From: Bacteroidota bacterium
Lineage (GTDB): Bacteria > Bacteroidota > Ignavibacteria > Kapaibacteriales > Kapaibacteriaceae
Reading direction: 5' to 3'
DNA length: 64,000 bases
Assembly: GCA_018266735.1 (NCBI GenBank)
Contig: JAFDZT010000004.1
Span: 156,094 to 220,093 of the forward strand
This document shows, one piece after another, positions 56,405 through 64,000 of this stretch; the first letter of the stretch is position 1, and every line of letters begins with the position of its first letter. Both the position numbers and the translations under genes were made by a program. The notes beneath the pieces were generated by a model. That model was given only the letters and a program-made list of their open reading frames with translations. It was not told the origin of the DNA and made no database searches.

Positions 56405-58402
56405 TTACTGCAAGGCCTTGTCGAGGAAGGCAAGGAACGACGCTTCGTTGCGCGTGTATTGACCTTGTGCGACGAACTCGCCCTTAGCATTCAACGTCAC
56501 GTACAACGGATTGGCCACTGTGCCATACCCGCGCATCAGATCCTGATTGCCGATATAGGGCTGCGTCTTCCGATCGGTATACAATCGCACCAAGATCATC
56601 TTGTCGAAGCGTGACTTGATGGACTGCTTCGGGAACATGAACTTCTCCATCCATCGGCAGTTCGTACAGGAGAATCCGGTGAAGTCGATGAAGATCGGCT
56701 TCCCTGTTTTCGCAGCTTCTGCCTTTGCCTTGGAAAGATCGTCGTACCAATACTCTGCGGCTGCGGCCTCCTTGCCACCTTCCCCTTTCAACGAGGAGGT
56801 TGGAGGGGCGGCAAGGGCAGCACCATCGATGAGTTCGTGATAATTGTCGGGTGGAAGGAGTGCTTCGAGATCGGCCGCGAGCGGACGTCCCACCATGCCG
56901 GCCACGAGCCAGAATCCGAGCGATGCGAAGACCACGGCATAGAATGCCCGAATGCCGCTCACTTTCTCGACGGTGGAATCGAGTTTCATCTCGAATACGC
57001 CGAGCACGTAGAGTGCGATCAAGAATGCGCAGCCAGCCCAGATGGCCAAGAAGATCTCACGTGGCAGCAGACCGATGCCCCATACGAATTCGGCCGTGCT
57101 GAAGAACTTGATGGCAGCCGCGATCTCGAGGAATCCCATCACCACCTTCAAGTTGTTCATCCAACCGCCGGCGCGCGGCAGTCGATTGAGCAAGGCCGGG
57201 AACAGCGAGAGCACGAAGAACGGCATGGCAAAGGCCGTCGAAAATCCGAGCGTTCCGATGGCAGGATAGAGATAGTCACCATTGGAGGCGGACAGAAGCA
57301 ATGTGCCAACGAATGGCACCGTACAGGTGAACGATGTGAGCGAGAACGTCAGTCCCATCAACCATACCGCCGTCACACCATCGCCTTGCGAGCGTTGATT
57401 GAGCTTGTTCATGATCGACACCGGCACCTGGATCTCGAAGGCTCCGAAGAGATTGAAGGCCAGGATCATGAAGAGCATACCGATCCCAAGGTTCAGCCAG
57501 GGATTGGCAGCAAGATCCTGTACGGCTGTTCCACCGAACACCGCAGAGGCAATGATGCCGATGGCCGTGAACGTCGAGATGATGCCGAGGGCGAAGATGC
57601 TTGAGTCGCGCAGTCCTTTGCCGCGCGTCTTCTCATGTCGCTTCGTGAAGAACGATACCGTGATCGGGATCATTGGGAACACGCATGGCGTGAGCAAGGC
57701 CAGGAAGCCAATGCCCATGGCATACAAGAAGAAGCTCAGTAAGCCTTTCTGCTTTTCCGTCTCGATCTCTGTGGGTGCGCCACCCGATGTTGGCGGCGTC
57801 GCTGACGTTGTGACCTTCGCGACGGCACTCGATGTCGTCGGCGTGGTCGACGTTGCTGGTGTCGCCGTTGCCGTGTCGGCAAGAGCCGCATCGGAAGCCG
57901 GTGCGGTCACCGTGAGGGCCACGGGAAGCAAGATATCGTCAAGCGGCAGGCACGACATGGTGTCGCACATCTGCACGGTGAACTTCACGTTCGCCTTGAG
58001 AGCGCCGACAGCCGCGCGCGGGTTGATGCGCACCGGCACGTCGAGTTCGATGGTGCCACTCCACTCTTCAATGGTCGTTCCCCACGTTTCATCGAAGTGC
58101 GAATGCGCTGTTTTCGGAGGCTTGATCTTGCCAACCACTGTCAATGCCGACGCTGGTTGCACCGTGATCACCGTTGGCTCCGGACCAAGTCCATCGGGTC
58201 CCACGGCGGCCGTCATTCCGTACGTGTGCCAGTGCTTCTCGATCTTGGCCTTGAGATGCAGCACCACGGTATCTCCGGCCTTGCCGGAGATAGGTGCGAT
58301 CGGTGCGAACTTGATGTGATCACTGCCGTTCTGTGCCGTCACCGCGAGTGGTGCAAGCGTGAAGAACATGGCAACGAGAACAGAGGTGAAGGTCTTCATC
58401 AT
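56405..58402 (-). CDS. dsbD: Thiol:disulfide interchange protein DsbD (alpha domain + CcdA TM core + thioredoxin gamma domain)
   Basis: An N-terminal Ig-like domain, an 8-TM core and a C-terminal thioredoxin fold with FTGFSCTNCRWME (CxxC). Confidence 0.85.
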   Translation of the reverse strand: MMKTFTSVLVAMFFTLAPLAVTAQNGSDHIKFAPIAPISGKAGDTVVLHLKAKIEKHWHTYGMTAAVGPDGLGPEPTVITVQPASALTVVGKIKPPKTAHSHFDETWGTTIEEWSGTIELDVPVRINPRAAVGALKANVKFTVQMCDTMSCLPLDDILLPVALTVTAPASDAALADTATATPATSTTPTTSSAVAKVTTSATPPTSGGAPTEIETEKQKGLLSFFLYAMGIGFLALLTPCVFPMIPITVSFFTKRHEKTRGKGLRDSSIFALGIISTFTAIGIIASAVFGGTAVQDLAANPWLNLGIGMLFMILAFNLFGAFEIQVPVSIMNKLNQRSQGDGVTAVWLMGLTFSLTSFTCTVPFVGTLLLSASNGDYLYPAIGTLGFSTAFAMPFFVLSLFPALLNRLPRAGGWMNNLKVVMGFLEIAAAIKFFSTAEFVWGIGLLPREIFLAIWAGCAFLIALYVLGVFEMKLDSTVEKVSGIRAFYAVVFASLGFWLVAGMVGRPLAADLEALLPPDNYHELIDGAALAAPPTSSLKGEGGKEAAAAEYWYDDLSKAKAEAAKTGKPIFIDFTGFSCTNCRWMEKFMFPKQSIKSRFDKMILVRLYTDRKTQPYIGNQDLMRGYGTVANPLYVTLNAKGEFVAQGQYTRNEASFLAFLDKALQ

Positions 58403-58460
58403 GGTGCGTTGGGGTTCCGTAAGCGGATGAACCTTGTAAACTTACAGGAAAAAGGCGATT

Positions 58461-59888
58461 TTGCTTGTTATGACACTTGACGACATCCTCTCCCTCTCGA
58501 AACGCAAAGGCTTCGTCTTCCAATCATCCGAGATCTATGGCGGCCTGAATGGCTGCTGGGATTTCGGTCCGCTTGGCATCGAACTCCTCCGCAACATCAA
58601 GGACGCATGGTGGAAAGCCATGACGTACCGTCCCGACATCGTAGGACTCGACGCCTCGATCCTCATGCACCCCAGGGTGTGGGAGGCATCCGGTCACGTG
58701 CAGCAGTTCTCGGATCCGATGATCGACAACAAGACGTCGAAGGCACGCTACCGCGCCGACAATCTCATCGAGGAGCGCATCCTTGCCTTGCGCAACAAGA
58801 AGAAGACCGCCGAGGCCGATGCCATCGAAGCCCGTCTTGCCGCCGTGCAAACCAACGAAGACTACTACAACATCATCACCGAGTTCGCCATTCCCGATCC
58901 CGTGTCCGGCACAACGGAATGGACGGAGGTACGGAACTTCAATTTGATGTTCAAGACCTTCATGGGTCCGGTGGAAGATTCCGGCAATGCCGTCTATCTG
59001 CGTCCCGAGACCGCTCAGGGCATCTTCGTGAACTTCAAGAACGTGATGGATTCAGCACGCATGAAGCCTCCGTTCGGCATTGCCCAGATCGGCAAGTCGT
59101 TCCGCAACGAGATCAACACCAAGAACTTCCTGTTCCGCACGCGCGAGTTCGAGCAAATGGAGATGCAGTTCTTCATTCCGCCCGGCACCGAGGGTGAATG
59201 GTTCGAGTATTGGCGTCAGCAGCGGTGGGACTGGTTCCTCTCGCTTGGCATCAATCCCGAGAACCTGCGCCGCAAGCCGCATGACAAGCTGGCCCACTAT
59301 GCTGCGGCCGCAGAGGACATTGAATTCCTGTATCCCTTTGGATGGGGCGAGGTGGAAGGGATCCATTCACGGACCGACTTCGACCTTGGCAGGCATCAGG
59401 AGTTCTCGGGCAAGAAACTGGAATACGTCGACACGGTGTCGCGCGAACGCTACACGCCCTATGTGATCGAGACCGCCGTTGGTGCAACACGCACCTTCAT
59501 GGCCGTGCTCTGCGACGCGTATGCCGAAGAACATGTCCAGAACGACGATGGCACATCGGAAGTGCGGAATGTGTTGCGCCTCCATCCCTCCCTGGCCCCT
59601 GTGACCGCGGCGATCTTCCCCTTGGTGAACAAAGACGGGCTTCCCGAAGCAGCCATGAAGATCTATACGGAACTTCAGCGGAGTTTTCGTGTTGATTACG
59701 ACACGAGCGGAGCGATCGGTCGACGCTACCGTCGCCAGGATGAAGTGGGTACGCCCTTCTGCATCACGGTGGACGGAGACACGACGGCCGACGGAACGGT
59801 CACCCTTCGAGATCGCGACACCATGCAGCAGGAACGTGTGCAGGCCGACGCAATCGAAGAGATCATCCGTCGTCGTATCAAGCGCTGA
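58461..59888 (+). CDS. glyQS: Glycine--tRNA ligase, alpha2 homodimeric type
   Basis: [47 protein letters not shown] is canonical GlyRS; class II motifs are present. Confidence 0.9.
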   Translation: MLVMTLDDILSLSKRKGFVFQSSEIYGGLNGCWDFGPLGIELLRNIKDAWWKAMTYRPDIVGLDASILMHPRVWEASGHVQQFSDPMIDNKTSKARYRADNLIEERILALRNKKKTAEADAIEARLAAVQTNEDYYNIITEFAIPDPVSGTTEWTEVRNFNLMFKTFMGPVEDSGNAVYLRPETAQGIFVNFKNVMDSARMKPPFGIAQIGKSFRNEINTKNFLFRTREFEQMEMQFFIPPGTEGEWFEYWRQQRWDWFLSLGINPENLRRKPHDKLAHYAAAAEDIEFLYPFGWGEVEGIHSRTDFDLGRHQEFSGKKLEYVDTVSRERYTPYVIETAVGATRTFMAVLCDAYAEEHVQNDDGTSEVRNVLRLHPSLAPVTAAIFPLVNKDGLPEAAMKIYTELQRSFRVDYDTSGAIGRRYRRQDEVGTPFCITVDGDTTADGTVTLRDRDTMQQERVQADAIEEIIRRRIKR

Positions 59889-59927
59889 TCATGTTGATCG
59901 GCATGCACCACCTCTAGGCAGCTATTC

Positions 59928-61577
59928 ATGAAGTATCGCGTTGTTGTGCTCGGCGGGCTCATTGTTGCGACGTGTTCGATCGGTTTCATCTCCATGGGAG
60001 ACACGTCGATCTATGCCCGCATCGGTCGCGCCATGGAGACGTTCGGTGCCGTGGTCCGCGAGGTACACTCCGGATACGTCGACGATGTCGACCCGCAAGA
60101 GCTGATCGAAGCGGGTATCGACGGCATGCTCGAGACGCTCGATCCCTATACCGTCTACATGAACAGTGGCGAGAGCGAGGACATCGACATGCTCTCCACC
60201 GGAACCTATACCGGGTTCGGCTTCACCGTGGGTCACGTCGATTCGAACCTCACCATCACCAACGTCCGCGACGGCATGCCGGCAAAGCAAGCCGGGCTGC
60301 GTATTGGTGACCGACTCCTCTATATCGATTCGGTGTACGTCGAGCGGATCCAGTCGAAGGACCTTCGGAAGATCACGCGGGGCACGCCGGGTTCAGTTGC
60401 CGTGATCAAGGCACTCCGTGAAGGACGTTCGGACACGATCATCGTCCACGTTCGCCGATCAGAGCTCGACCTCGAGAACATCTCCTACAAGGAACTCCTT
60501 CCTTCCAACGTTGGCTACATCCGTCTCACCCGCTTCTCACGTCGCAGTGCAGAGGACGTGCGCCGGGCACTCGACGATTTCCGTTCGAAGGCACCGCTCA
60601 AGGGCGTGATCCTCGACCTGCGAGACAATCCGGGCGGATTGCTCGATGCGGCGGTCGGCATTTGCAAGATCTTCGTTCCGAAGGGAAGCGTGATCGTCTC
60701 GACGCGAGGTCGCGAAGGCCAAGACACCCGAACGATCACCTCGGACATCGAGCCCATCGAGCCAACGGTGCCGTTGACCGTGTTGATCAACGACCGAAGC
60801 GCCAGTGCCAGCGAGATCGTTGCCGGTGCCATTCAGGACCTTGATCGCGGCGTTGTGATCGGTCGACAGTCCTACGGCAAGGGACTGGTCCAAACCGTGG
60901 TCCAGCTCCCCCACGATGCAAGCATGAAGATCACCACGTCGCGCTACTTCACGCCGTCGGGCCGATGCATTCAGAAGATCGACTATGCCGCGCGTCGCGG
61001 AACCGTGCAGCACCATTCGGACACGGCCCACTTCTACACCAAGAACCGACGCATCGTGCATGAGCTGGACGGGATCGAGCCGGACACCACGGTCAACGAC
61101 TCCATTTTCCCGGCCATCGTCCAGCAACTGGTGGACGAGGCCCTCGTCTTCCGCTATGGCACCATCCTGAGCGCCACCCTTGATTCCCTGCCGCCTTCCT
61201 TCTCCGTCGACAAAGCAATGCTGGAGGGCTTCATCCGTTTCATAGAAGCTCAACCGATGGGAAAGCGCTCGAAGGCCCTTTCTGACCTCGTCGCTGCAAA
61301 AAACCGGATCGAATCGGAAAAGTGGGCCGCATCGATGGTCAAGTCGATCGAGGCCACCGAAAAGGCCATGGAACGAGAGATCCCGAAGGCCATTCGGCAG
61401 CACGGAGACTTGATCCGCGAGCTTTTGGACATCGAGGTCCGCGCCCGATTCAGCAACGACCAACTGCGGCAATCCCGCTCCCTTACGATGGACCCGTACG
61501 TAAAAGCTGCCCTCCGGATCGTCACATCGCAACGATATGCAGGAATGCTTGAATCAGAATCGGTCGGAGAGCAGTAA
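59928..61577 (+). CDS. S41-family C-terminal processing (tail-specific) peptidase with a PDZ domain
   Basis: PDZ (GMPAKQAGLRIGDRLL); catalytic Ser/Lys region (LINDRSASASEIVAGAIQD...GKGLVQ). Confidence 0.85.
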   Translation: MKYRVVVLGGLIVATCSIGFISMGDTSIYARIGRAMETFGAVVREVHSGYVDDVDPQELIEAGIDGMLETLDPYTVYMNSGESEDIDMLSTGTYTGFGFTVGHVDSNLTITNVRDGMPAKQAGLRIGDRLLYIDSVYVERIQSKDLRKITRGTPGSVAVIKALREGRSDTIIVHVRRSELDLENISYKELLPSNVGYIRLTRFSRRSAEDVRRALDDFRSKAPLKGVILDLRDNPGGLLDAAVGICKIFVPKGSVIVSTRGREGQDTRTITSDIEPIEPTVPLTVLINDRSASASEIVAGAIQDLDRGVVIGRQSYGKGLVQTVVQLPHDASMKITTSRYFTPSGRCIQKIDYAARRGTVQHHSDTAHFYTKNRRIVHELDGIEPDTTVNDSIFPAIVQQLVDEALVFRYGTILSATLDSLPPSFSVDKAMLEGFIRFIEAQPMGKRSKALSDLVAAKNRIESEKWAASMVKSIEATEKAMEREIPKAIRQHGDLIRELLDIEVRARFSNDQLRQSRSLTMDPYVKAALRIVTSQRYAGMLESESVGEQ

Positions 61578-61617
61578 CTTTGCACCCTTGCATACATGTG
61601 TCAACTGACGGAACCCC

Positions 61618-62481
61618 ATGAGAATCACAAAACAATACACGAATCGCGAGAGTCAATCCCTCGATAAATACCTACAGGAGATCGGTCGCGTCGAACTCCT
61701 CACCGGAGATGACGAGATCGTTCTTGCTCAGGCGATCCGTCGCGGGGGCTTTGAGGGCAACATCGCACTTGAACGTCTGGTGAAGGCCAATCTCCGTTTC
61801 GTGGTATCGGTGGCGAAGCAATATCAAAATCAGGGATTGTCGCTGGGCGACCTGATCAACGAAGGCAACCTCGGTTTGATCAAGGCCGCAAAGCGTTTCG
61901 ATGAGACCCGCGGATTCAAGTTCATCTCGTACGCCGTCTGGTGGATCCGTCAGTCGATCCTGCAGGCCCTGGCCGAGCAGTCGCGTATCGTTCGATTGCC
62001 GTTGAATCGTGTGGGTGCGTTGAACAAGATCGGCAAGAAGTTCAGCGAGCTCGAGCAAGCCTACGAGCGTGAACCAACGGCAGCGGAACTGGCAGAACAA
62101 TTGGACATGTCGATCGCCGAGATCTCCGAGACCATTAAGATCTCCGGACGTCACCTCTCGGTCGACGCGCCATTCGTGCAAGGTGAAGACAATCGTCTGC
62201 TCGACATTCTACCGAACGATCAACAACCGCCACCCGATAGCGAGCTCATGCGTGAGTCGTTGCGCGTTGAAGTGCAACAGGTTCTGAAGACACTCAGCGA
62301 ACGCGAAGCAGAAGTGATCCGGTTGTACTTCGGCTTGGATGACTCGCAGTGTTTGACGCTTGAAGAGATCGGCGAGAAGTTCAATCTCACGCGCGAACGT
62401 GTTCGTCAGATCAAGGAAAAGGCCATTCGCCGATTGCGCCATGCCTCTCGAAGCAAGGCGCTTCGCGCATACTTGGGATAA
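61618..62481 (+). CDS. rpoD: Primary RNA polymerase sigma factor (short Bacteroidetes-type sigma-70/RpoD, 287 aa)
   Basis: Regions 1.2-4 are present ([35 protein letters not shown]; region 4 [28 protein letters not shown]). Confidence 0.85.
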   Translation: MRITKQYTNRESQSLDKYLQEIGRVELLTGDDEIVLAQAIRRGGFEGNIALERLVKANLRFVVSVAKQYQNQGLSLGDLINEGNLGLIKAAKRFDETRGFKFISYAVWWIRQSILQALAEQSRIVRLPLNRVGALNKIGKKFSELEQAYEREPTAAELAEQLDMSIAEISETIKISGRHLSVDAPFVQGEDNRLLDILPNDQQPPPDSELMRESLRVEVQQVLKTLSEREAEVIRLYFGLDDSQCLTLEEIGEKFNLTRERVRQIKEKAIRRLRHASRSKALRAYLG

Positions 62482-62490
62482 CACATCAAA

Positions 62491-62520
62491 GGGCACGCAC
62501 TGCGTGCCCTTCCTCTATAT
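62491..62520 (+). terminator. Hairpin + U-rich tract after rpoD (weak terminator candidate)
   Basis: gggcacg-cactg-cgtgccc followed by ttcctctatat. Confidence 0.35.
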
Positions 62521-63073
62521 GGACCCTGGATTCAGCGAGTACATCGGTGTGATCGGTCGCACCCACGGATTGGACGGCACGGTTGTCCTCCAAGACACCG
62601 TGGGTCTGTCTGTTTCCCTCCCTGCCGGTGCAGAAGTGGGCATTGGCTTCTCACGTGAGTTCGCACGCACCTACGTGGTGCGCGAATACCACGAGGCATC
62701 GCGCGAACCGCGCCTGTCGCTCCGTGGGGTCGACTCGGCCGAAGCCGCCACATCCATCGTCGACCAGGCCGTCTACGTGCGCGCCGATGCGCTTCGCACA
62801 CCCACATCGGATCGGTATGCCATTGGCGACATCGAAGGATGTCGGGTGATCACAGGTGATGATGGTACGGAGCTCGGTGTGGTCACCGACGTGTGGCTCA
62901 TGCCGGCGAACGATGTATGGGTCGTGACGCGTCCGGATGGCTCCACCATTCCACTTCCAGTGATCGACGACGTGATCCGCCTTGTCGACCTTCCTGCTCG
63001 CTGCATCACTGTGCATCTCCTTCCGGGCTTGACGGACCTCGATACCACCTCCGAGGAGGAACACGATGCCTGA
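62519..63073 (+). CDS. rimM: Ribosome maturation factor RimM
   Basis: Start MDPGFSEYIGVIGRTHGLDGTVVL (RimM N-terminal beta-barrel), with a PRC-barrel C-terminus. Confidence 0.8.
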   Translation: MDPGFSEYIGVIGRTHGLDGTVVLQDTVGLSVSLPAGAEVGIGFSREFARTYVVREYHEASREPRLSLRGVDSAEAATSIVDQAVYVRADALRTPTSDRYAIGDIEGCRVITGDDGTELGVVTDVWLMPANDVWVVTRPDGSTIPLPVIDDVIRLVDLPARCITVHLLPGLTDLDTTSEEEHDA

Positions 63074-63755
63074 CCCTGCACTCCGGATCGACGTTGTCTG
63101 TGCGATCCCGCAGATCCTCACGAGCGTCCTCGAGAACAGCATTGTCGGTCGCGCACGCACGTCGGGATTGGTGACCATCGTCACGCACAATCTCCACGAC
63201 TACGGCCACGACCGATTCAAGCACATCGACGACACGCCGTATGGTGGCGGGGCGGGGATGATCCTTGAGTGCGGACCGATCTTCGAGTGCATCGAGAGCT
63301 TGCAGTCGGAGCGCACCTACGACGATGTGATCTACCTTTGTCCCGATGGAGAAGTGCTCACGCAGGACATGTGCAATGCCCTCTCCATCCAACGCAACCT
63401 GATCCTCTTGTGCGGACATTACAAGGGCATCGACCAACGCATTCGCGATGTGCTCGTCACGCGCGAGATCAGTGTTGGCGACTACGTGCTCACCGGCGGT
63501 GAACTTGCAGCGGCCGTCCTTGTTGACGCCGTTGTGCGTCTCGTCCCCGGGGCCATCAGTGATGCAGAGTCGCTCCTTGAAGATTCGTTCATGACCGGAC
63601 TGCTCGATGCACCGCATTACACCAAGCCTGCAGAGTTTCGCGGCCTTCGCGTGCCCGAAGTGCTCACGAGCGGGAATCATGCGGCCATCAAGAAGTGGCG
63701 TCAGGAACAGGCATTGAAGAAGACACAAGAACGTAGACCGGACCTTCTCCCATGA
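63066..63755 (+). CDS. trmD: tRNA (guanine37-N1)-methyltransferase
   Basis: SPOUT-fold motifs (YGGGAGMIL; LLCGHYKGIDQRI; EISVGDYVLTGGELAA). Confidence 0.9.
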   Translation: MPDPALRIDVVCAIPQILTSVLENSIVGRARTSGLVTIVTHNLHDYGHDRFKHIDDTPYGGGAGMILECGPIFECIESLQSERTYDDVIYLCPDGEVLTQDMCNALSIQRNLILLCGHYKGIDQRIRDVLVTREISVGDYVLTGGELAAAVLVDAVVRLVPGAISDAESLLEDSFMTGLLDAPHYTKPAEFRGLRVPEVLTSGNHAAIKKWRQEQALKKTQERRPDLLP

Positions 63756-64000
63756 TCACGGCTGAACGTACATCGAGCTGCATCAACGAGGCCGATCGCG
63801 ACATCACGTTCACGATCACCGACCCTCAGTTCATCGCTCCCCTTCCCGCGGTCTTGATGTTGCATGGCTTCAAGGGATTTCGGAATTGGGGCTTCTTCCC
63901 CTTTGCGGCGCAGGCGCTCGCAGCACGAGGTGCCATCGCCGTGCGCATGGACACATCGCTCAACGGCATGCAAGGCACGAACGATCGCGTGGTCAGCGTC
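63752..64000 (+). CDS. Alpha/beta hydrolase (dienelactone-hydrolase-like); 3' end outside window
   Basis: ATG at 63752 overlaps the trmD stop (ATGA); MLHGFKGFRNWGFF...; the ORF is open to the window end. Confidence 0.5.
   Translation, partial: MITAERTSSCINEADRDITFTITDPQFIAPLPAVLMLHGFKGFRNWGFFPFAAQALAARGAIAVRMDTSLNGMQGTNDRVVSV

Noticed and set aside
56837-58319. 255-aa and 306-aa plus-strand ORFs opposite dsbD
   Set aside because: Antisense to dsbD (thioredoxin CxxC and CcdA core present).
58403-58460. Bacteroidetes-type TTG/TAnnTTTG promoter upstream of glyQS, and similar motifs upstream of icd
   Set aside because: Only partial matches are present (e.g. GATTTTGC, TATTTTGG), and none satisfies the TAnnTTTG consensus.
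63006-63728. 240-aa minus-strand ORF opposite trmD
   Set aside because: Antisense to trmD, which has SPOUT motifs.

Overview
This is a GC-rich (~60%) chromosomal segment from a bacterium that looks like an FCB-group member (Bacteroidota/Rhodothermota/Ignavibacteriota-like). Several secreted proteins end in T9SS C-terminal sorting domains, RpoD is the short 287-aa type, and IDH is the eukaryotic-like 410-aa type. Most of the window is housekeeping: icd, an ABC exporter, copA, ftsQ-ftsA-ftsZ, hom-metX, dapD, an arginase-family gene, an MFS transporter, a DEAD-box helicase, recG, queE, ilvE, panC, dsbD, glyQS, an S41 protease, rpoD, rimM-trmD and one tRNA-Ser(UGA). The accessory features are listed below.
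- An IS200-like REP-associated tyrosine transposase (RAYT) is bracketed by three arrays of GCCGGGCA-type REP units, with an RNA 2',3'-cyclic phosphodiesterase gene (thpR) inside the bracket.
- An ArsR-SRPBCC(AHSA1 x2)-VOC operon has a palindromic candidate operator.
- A DUF2339 membrane-protein gene is split by one in-frame TAA and carries a 12-nt tandem repeat.
- An MbnP/MbnH-like pair sits next to a TMEM175-like channel, a few genes from CopA.
- Five tandem BamE-like (SmpA/OmlA) lipoprotein paralogs surround a GT-C glycosyltransferase.
- A DEAD-box helicase with 42-nt RGG/YG tandem repeats lies next to a DUF1801 protein with an extreme polybasic/polyacidic disordered N-terminus.
- A Met/Cys-rich leader ORF and a terminator-like hairpin overlap the metX start.
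- A cluster of DnaA boxes lies upstream of ftsQ.
- A HAAO-ACMSD kynurenine-pathway pair is present.
- An ECF sigma factor is followed by a membrane anti-sigma-like protein ending in a T9SS CTD and a 1006-aa VIT-VWA-TPR-DUF2135 protein.
I found no CRISPR array, rRNA or prophage. Many long ORFs antisense to real genes are GC-driven artefacts.
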